Assembly: GCA_964016885.1 (NCBI GenBank)
Contig: OZ024743.1
Coordinates: forward strand, 364,684,001 to 364,748,000
Reading direction: 5' to 3'
DNA length: 64,000 bases
Origin: Eledone cirrhosa
Lineage: Eukaryota
Shown here: one piece after another, positions 53,640 to 64,000 of the stretch
Layout: every line of letters starts with the position of its first letter
Numbering within the stretch: position 1 is the stretch's first letter
Made by a program: the position numbers and the translations under genes
Notes under the pieces: generated by a model
Databases searched by the model: none
What the model saw: only the letters and a program-made list of their open reading frames with translations
What the model was told of the DNA's origin: nothing

Positions 53640-55825
53640 AATATAAGAATCAAAGGGACTGTTCAAAACATTTTTATGCTTACAACTGTTTCCTCCAAAC
53701 CGAGGTTTGGATTCTTCGGAGCAATTTATTATTGAATGAACACTTATATGCCCTCCTTTTCACCCAAGAGACATACAGATACATATGCAAATATTGTGGG
53801 TCAACATTTATTACAGCATTTAGAGTGGCAGTACTCACTTAGAGATTACATTCATATTAAAAGATACAATCAAAAATACAGGTTAAAATAAGCGGTTATA
53901 TAGTGCAAGTGTTATATGTGTGGCAAGCACGTGCGTCTTGTTTATATAGTGTGGCAGAGAGTTACGTGTAGTAGAAGCACTTAAGTAGGTAAACAAGAGT
54001 GTTAGGTTGGTTGATCTGGTGGCAAATTCTTTATATGATTGTTATAGTCTGTGTATGGAGAAATCATATAAGCATTAAAAATAGTGCAAGCATTAAAAAT
54101 ATTTAAAATATTGGAAATGCACAGCGAAGGGATGATATGGACTTCATGTACTTCGACATTTTCATAGTCTGGGGAGTTTATTTTTCAGATTATATGCCCC
54201 TCACATAATCCACGACAATTCGATATTGAGCGTTTGACAATCCAGTTAGAGAATCGTAGTCTGATGTCCTTTAGTTCAATACAGGAGGATGTTACGTTTC
54301 GAGAATCGACATTGAAATACTACCCGGAAGTGTGTGTGTGTGGCTAAGGGGGAGTTAATGCATGAGGGGAGGTAACTCCGAGGTTTCTATTACTAGCTCT
54401 TGAAATGTGTCTCAAAATAGACCCTAACTTCTATGGTTATGCGCAATTTCTAAAAACTTCTAAAGCTTAAAGTGTTTTAACTATATAGTAGTCTATTAAG
54501 TTGTGCTGAAGGTGTTCGTATTTTTATGGTAAATTAACCCCCATCGTAGAGTGCCACAAATGAATATTACAGACGACGAGCGAGGATTCTAAATTAATGA
54601 TCTCTGTGGTTGTAGTCTACTCAAAGGACCAGGCGCGGTGATTGCAGAATCACTTCAACGCACAATGATCTCTGGTAAGTTCTGGATCATCGCTTGCTAC
54701 ATTAGATGTCGAAAGATGAACATCATCAGGGCCGACCAGAGGTCAATCCGCAGTCCTCATGACCCCAGTCTGACCATCAAATCATCCATATATGTACAAC
54801 CCGCACGCCAGTTGTAATACATTCATTCCCTGCACTCAGCGTACCGGTCATACTGCTCAACAGCGTTACTAGATTAATTCGTTTTTCATCTGTCCAACGA
54901 AGGCACCTCCTCCGCACAACACCAACAGGACAATCAATTCATGTTTAAATTACCTATAGAGCGGTGTAGTGCAGTTAAAGTGGGTGGATGTTGTCACACC
55001 TAAAGTAGAGGTACAAATGGGTATTCGCCCTGCGAAGGGTTCTAGAGGGATGTCGCTGTTTGTGTTATATTAGATCAGTTAGTGTTGGGTATGTGGTATA
55101 AGGTGTGCCCCTGGTGTTTGATGCTAGAGGTGGTGTTTGGTTCAAGTCCGACATTGCTATATATTGGGCTTAAAGTTTTGGAAGGAATCTCTGAAGCGGT
55201 GCTGGCAAGTTGCAAACACTTCAGATTTTTTGTTAAGTAGGTTACGGTTAGAGAAGATAATATTGTGGGTCTCTAGTATACAGAGGTTACAAAATTTATT
55301 AGGTGGTTTGTACGAAGTCGCGCTACCTATCACTTCCCATTTGAGTGTGTAAGGTTTATTTTTAGTTTTTAGATAGTGTATGTAGCTAGATAGTGAGGTG
55401 GAGTTGGCTAGACTGTGCTTTTTGAACGAGTGGATATGCGAATTATATCTGATTTTGAAGCAGTTAGAAGTGGAGCCTACATAGATTTCTGATGAGTTGC
55501 TAGTTGTGACGGTGCATGAGTATATGATATCCTTGGTTAGGCATTTTTTATCTAAAGGGCAGGTTCTATTGGCTCTACAGTTACAATTATCCTGTGTGTT
55601 AGTCCGCTGGTTATAATGCAGTGCAGAAGTCTGGGTGGTAGCTATAGGATTTTGGACATTCGGGTTGTCGACCCCGGTGTTATTTCTTATACTAGTGTTA
55701 TTTCTATTGTTACTGCCGTTACTATGGTCGCTTGCTACAGAGGTATTTACAAGGTTTACATTCTGTTGTGATTTCGTTTGTTGGAAGTAAGAATTAATTT
55801 TACTTTTATTGCTGCTAGCTTAGAT
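53640..55825 (-). mobile_element. 5'-truncated Naiad-like Penelope element (GIY-YIG about 55060-55600) with long 3' region
   Basis: Minus strand reads CNCRANRTCPLDKKCLTKDIIYSC...YVGSTS...RYNSH. An HHR lies at the 3' end. Confidence 0.8.
53677..53724 (-). ncRNA. Hammerhead with C4 core variant
   Basis: TTGCT-CCGAAGA-ATCCAAAC(CTCG)GTTTGGAG-GAAA-CAGTTG-TA-AGCA. Confidence 0.75.
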
Positions 55826-56287
55826 AAAAAATGCCTAACCTGATCTATTAATCAAATTAAGAAACGACAAGATATGGTTTATAACTTGGTTCTCCAGACA
55901 CCCAATGCTGAATCATCGTGGATTGTGTGATAGACCTGTAGTCTATATATTGCGTTTCATGGATTGTGTGAGTGGTGGTGTGTGCGAAGACAGTGGTGCT
56001 GTTTTGCCTCTTTTATAATATGTTATAATATGTTTGATATTTTTGATATTTTGGTGTTTCTCTACATTCGGGATTGTATATCGTACAGGTGTATGCGAAA
56101 AAATGATTTAACAATACGGCCCACATGATACTATTGATTGCCTGCTTTAACTGCCTGATCCTACAAGTAACAATCTGCCGCACTCTAATCCTGTATAAAT
56201 GAGACACGCGTGCATGCCACACGTGAGATTGTTTCATACACTGACTACTCTCAACTTTTCTCTTGCTTTATCTTCATAAACTGCCAA

Positions 56288-56533
56288 TATTTTATTTTTA
56301 TTTTTATTTTTATTTTTATTTTTATTTTTATTTTTATTTTTATTTTTATTTTTATTTTTATTTTTATTTTTATTTTTATTTTTATTTTTATTTTTATTTT
56401 TATTTTTATTTTTATTTTTATTTTTATTTTTATTTTTATTTTTATTTTTATTTTTATTTTTATTTTTATTTTTATTTTTATTTTTATTTTTATTTTTATT
56501 TTTATTTTTATTTTTATTTTTATTTTTATTTTA
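56288..56533. repeat. (TTTTTA)n hexanucleotide repeat
   Basis: Direct reading. Confidence 0.97.
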
Positions 56534-56671
56534 ATCCTTTAACCTTTATATGTAAATTGTCATGCTATATCATTATGATGGATGTCAACTCATTGTGGAT
56601 CAATATATGCATATGTTTTTATGTCTCTTGTGTTGAAAAGGAGGTCAAGTATGTTATAGATCACTAAATAG

Positions 56672-56720
56672 TTGCTCCGAAGAATCCAAACCTCGGTTTG
56701 GAGGAAACAATTGTAAGCAA
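56672..56720 (+). ncRNA. Hammerhead with C4 core variant (inverted copy)
   Basis: TTGCT-CCGAAGA-ATCCAAAC(CTCG)GTTTGGAG-GAAA-CAATTG-TA-AGCAA. Confidence 0.8.
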
Positions 56721-56925
56721 ATAAATGATTTAAACTGAAATTTGATTATTGTAATCTCTATATAACTGCTCTGTAAAACAACTGATGTTATTACATTGAG
56801 CTATTTATCTTACTGGTAATAAGATAGTAATGAATGACTATCTTTCACTATTTGGGGTTTATATATAAAAAATATATAACCATAAAAGGTTTTATTATAT
56901 ACATAACCATAAATAGTACCCTTAA

Positions 56926-57007
<82 letters not shown>

Positions 57008-57045
57008 ATATATATATATATATATATATTGATATAATTATATAA

Positions 57046-57097
<52 letters not shown>

Positions 57098-57149
57098 ATA
57101 TAATTATATATATGAAAATATTTATATATAATTATTAAATATTTATATA

Positions 57150-57259
<110 letters not shown>

Positions 57260-57267
57260 ATATATAT

Positions 57268-57379
<112 letters not shown>

Positions 57380-57399
57380 ATATATATATATATATATCA

Positions 57400-57429
<30 letters not shown>

Positions 57430-57430
<1 letters not shown>

Positions 57431-57563
57431 TGAAGACGGCATATGTATGTGTTTGGTATGTATATTATATTTGATAGTTTGTATAATTTTGTATAATTTT
57501 GTACATAGATCTGTTGAATATGCATGCCAATTCTAACACATATATGTCCTAGAAACGATCGTT
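57430..57563 (+). ncRNA. Hammerhead-like motif with a very long stem II; stem I not evident
   Basis: CTGAAGA-CGGCATATGTATGTGTT...AACACATATATGTCCTA-GAAA-CGATCG-TT. Confidence 0.5.
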
Positions 57564-57770
57564 AAATAATTAACTTTTTTTGTTTAATATAAGGAACTGT
57601 TTCATTGTTTTATTCATTATTTTTTTAATACTTTATCTTGACTCTGTATTCCGTTTATCTTACACCGAAAGTGATTTTTGAATGCATCTCTTCTTTCCAT
57701 GATATCCGGATTACATTGAGTTCTTCATACGGATTGGACACTACCGTAAACTCTTGGTAGATTTATCTAC

Positions 57771-60215
<2,445 letters not shown>

Positions 60216-60299
60216 GGAGGTGAGTTTTATTGTAGTACAATAAAGCAATACAGATATCGGATAAGAAACACTCTACAGTTTGTAGGACTGGGGGATACA

Positions 60300-62461
60300 T
60301 AATATATAAGAACAAATTTCTTTGATGCAAACATCTTTGATGCTAACGCCAATTACTATAATAACGCGCTTTCTAAAGCCGGCTATCCTGATCAAATCAA
60401 ATATAGTAAAGAAACAAATTCTAGAAGAACTTACAGTAGAATAATTAATCATGATCATTCCAATAACTTTAATAAAAGACCTAGATACAAAAACATAATC
60501 TGGTATAATGCTCCTTTCTCCATCTCTATTAATAACAATATTCCTAAATTATTCTTTAGTGCCTTAAATAAATGCTTCCCTCCCTCACGTAAAATATTTA
60601 ACAAACACACCATCAAATTTTCTTATTGTACATCCTCCAATATTTCCAACATTATCTCTAAACACAACAATAAAATACTAAATACTAAATCTCTTCCTTC
60701 CAACACTGAATTTCATAATAATAGTAATAGTACTCCCGACGTCATTGTAAACCCTAGGCTAATTTCTGCAAACCCAAATACAACGTCAAACACAACTTCG
60801 CTAAATGTTCATAATCCAACTCTAAATCAAGAAACTATTATTCCTATCGCAAACAACTTCTCCAATCCAATTCCTTCTATAGATAACACTAGGTCACTCA
60901 TTAATAATCTCTCTAATTGCAATTGCAACTGCCCTATTAAAAATAAATGTCCTCTCAACAACCATTGTCTTGATAAAAACTTAATTTATGAATGTAAAGT
61001 TATAACTGACACCAATTCCTTCACCTATTTTGGCTCCACTTCCACCTCTTTTAAAGCTCGTCTCTATAATCATCATTCATCTTTTAAATACAAACTTAAA
61101 AGAACCAACACGGCTCTCTCAGAACTCATATGGTCCTTGAAAGACAAAAACATTAAATATACCATCTTTGGAAGAAGGTTTCTTCTGCGTTTACATACTT
61201 GAACAGTTCTCTATATAAAATCTGCAATCTCTGCCTAAATGAAAATTTTACCATTATCTCTAATCTAGATTCTATAATAAATAGACGCACTGACTTGTTT
61301 TCTATCTGCTTGCATAAATTCCATAAAACATTTCACAAAGTATACAGCTAATATTCAATTCTTTATCAATTAGAATCTTTTTCTCAAAGGCACATATACA
61401 TACACCTCTTTTAAAAATATACCCATCTTTCTACCTTATTTCAAAGGGTATTATACATTCTATAATACTTGTTTACTCATTACCCTTACTCTATATCACC
61501 TTGTAAAATCCTTCGTAAACATATACATTTGTTTTGACGCTAGATTATTAATTCATTATTTTTTCTCCCTATCATCTAACTTATTCTCAATACATATTAA
61601 CATTTTCTTTTTTCTTCGCACATATTATCAATTCCTTCAATATACAAACCTTAACTTCACATTATTTTTCTCAAATCCTTCAATATACAAACCTTAACTT
61701 TACATTTTTTTTTCTCTTCGTTAATTTTCAAATTTCCATAATACTTGTTGACTCTTTCTACACCACCCATATTTATCACTTCCTTTTCCTCTCTTCTAAT
61801 ATCTAACCCCTAATCTGTACCTTTCTCACTCTTGCCTAACATAGAATCAATTATTACATAATACAACACATTCTTACTCTATATAACCTTATAAAAATCC
61901 TTCGTAAACATATACATTTTTTTTGGCGTTAGAATATTCATCGCAATTCATTATTCTCTTCTTTCTATCATCAAACTCATTATTCTCAATACATATTAAC
62001 TCCCTCTCCTTCTTCGCACATATTTTCCCTTCGTTAATTTTCAAATTCTTTTAATTTATACATTATCTTCCAACGGTTTTCAACCTCTCTATGTAAAACA
62101 ATATATCTTTCTCAGTTATAAAAACTATCTCTCTCTCTCTATCACCCATCTCTCCTCCTATCTCATCCTTCCTCATTATACTCATCCCTCTCCACCTTCA
62201 CTCTCATCTCCTCCTCTTTTTTTCATCCTTTCCACCCCCACCCCCACCCCTCTAAATAAAATATTTTCCCAATATCACACATCAATCTAAAACTACTTCT
62301 CATATGTTGATTTAAAACTGAACTATCCACAAGTGTTTTTTAGCCTTCATATCATGTCCTCCTGTTTTATCTGATGAAAACACAAATATTATTGCATGAT
62401 GATATTTGTTTTTGAAATGCGCATAATAAAATACATGGAACTCCTTTAACCATCTTTTGTT

Positions 62462-62465
<4 letters not shown>
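60300..62465 (+). mobile_element. 5'-truncated Naiad-like Penelope element
   Basis: YNNALSKAGY...IIWYNAPFS...IFNKHTIKFSY...CNCPIKNKCPLNNHCLDKNLIY...YFGST...CNLCLNE, with a frameshift near 61170. HHR in the 3' end. A short inverted copy of the 3' terminus (TATAAGAACAAA) is at the 5' junction. Confidence 0.87.
62363..62433 (+). ncRNA. Type-I hammerhead in a PLE pLTR
   Basis: TGTTTTAT-CTGATGA-AAACACAAATATTATT(GCAT)GATGATATTTGTTTTT-GAAA-TGCGCA-TA-ATAAAATA. Confidence 0.88.
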
Positions 62466-62540
<75 letters not shown>

Positions 62541-62642
62541 ATATATATATATATATATATATTGATATATATATATATATATATATCAATATATATATAT
62601 ATATATATATATATTGATATATATATATATATATATATATAT

Positions 62643-62690
<48 letters not shown>

Positions 62691-62738
62691 ATATATATAT
62701 ATATATTGATATATATATATCAATATATATATATATAT

Positions 62739-62802
<64 letters not shown>

Positions 62803-62816
62803 ATATATATATATAT

Positions 62817-62914
<98 letters not shown>

Positions 62915-63189
62915 ATATATATATATTGATATATATATATATATATATATCAATATATATATATTGATATATATATATATATATATATTTAGGTTTGAGG
63001 TTACCACTGTATAGAGCTGGTCTATTCCGTATGGTCAATCGTAATGCAATAATATAGAGAGTACTCAACGTAAAACAGTTCAACCGTCTTTGTGTCTTTG
63101 TTTTTGTAGTTGGTGGTGTTATTACGAAGTTAAATATTATAATGAAATGACAGGAGGCTGGATTTGTGTAAATCCTTGAAAGGTTTATT

Positions 63190-63247
63190 ATACTATGATC
63201 ATTTCAACGACCGGGTTCCGTATGAATCCGGTGATATCATCAGGTAT
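63190..63247 (-). ncRNA. Type-I hammerhead motif
   Basis: ATAC-CTGATGA-TATCACCGGATTC(ATACG)GAACCCGGTCGTT-GAAA-TGATCA-TA-GTAT. Confidence 0.75.
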
Positions 63248-64000
63248 TCGAAATATAATACGTGAATGTAATAGATAAAATCCATGGGGCTGAAAATCGA
63301 GGGCCCGAGGGCGACCGCTATTCTGTTCCTTCAACCTCAGCCGGTCGCCCTCGAGTGATGTGGCTAAAGTTTATAATATGCTACTACCGGTCAGATAAAC
63401 GAAAACAGAAAGGGATGGGAATATAAGTTAGCGTCAATCTCATGACACAAGGTAAAAGAAAGAAAGAAAGGAAGGAGAGAGAAGAAGGGGGAAGAAAGAA
63501 GAGAAGCCAGGGTTAATGTCAGCTAAAAGAAGAAATGCAACTATTATCGGTCAGATATAGGCAAGCAAGAGGGGGTAGGAAGATAAGTCTGCGGGAGGAA
63601 GACAGGAAGAGGGGAGAAGAGAAGGAAGAGAAGAGAGAAGTAGAAAAGTAAGGGTTGATGGCTACAAGAAGGAAGATAGAAAGAAAGAGGAAGAAAGGTC
63701 GATATTAATGTCAGACCACAGTCAGGCCAGGAGTGGCGCGAGAAAATGTTCAGGGACCCGCATCTTAGCAGAGGTGAATATATTGGGAGTCAGTGTGTTA
63801 CAATGTTTAGACTTCTAGGATGAAGTTAAAAAATTAATAATCAACATTCAATATTAAAGAGGTTAGAAAATTTAAAGTTCAACAGTTTAACATTTTCAGG
63901 TTGATATATCTAATAGTTCCGATTTGTTCTGTAATTTAAAGGTACTATGTGGCGGTTAAAACACCGGCCGCGCCCCGGGCCCCATGGCGAATTAAGCTAC

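Noticed and set aside
54700-54740. Minus-strand CTGATGA
   Set aside because: No downstream GAAA or stems.
63950-64000. GC-rich end as a CpG-island promoter
   Set aside because: Too short and truncated by the window edge.

Overview
Repeat-dominated eukaryotic DNA, most likely octopus or another cephalopod (inferred from the SINE family, RTE tails and microsatellite load). No intact host protein-coding gene is recognisable. The left part (1-37.6 kb) holds a 48-bp minisatellite, three decayed Tx1/L1-type LINEs, CRE, RTE and mariner fragments, many SINEs and two Penelope-like (PLE) GIY-YIG fragments. After a 200-N gap the right part is a (TA)n sea filled with PLE ends and non-autonomous cassettes. 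The main hidden signal is RNA-level. Reading both strands by eye I find about 31 type-I hammerhead-ribozyme (HHR) motifs in about 13 sequence families. Twelve sit in a head-to-head array of a 464/466-bp satellite (42.9-48.5 kb) with the properties of a non-LTR retrozyme. Four cassette families share one layout: octamer ATGCAAAT, then a TATA-like box, then an HHR 83-100 nt after the octamer. Several HHRs carry core variants (U3-A8, C4). The 48-bp minisatellite itself contains the invariant hammerhead nucleotides in order. All folds were derived by hand; activity, transcription and novelty are untested.
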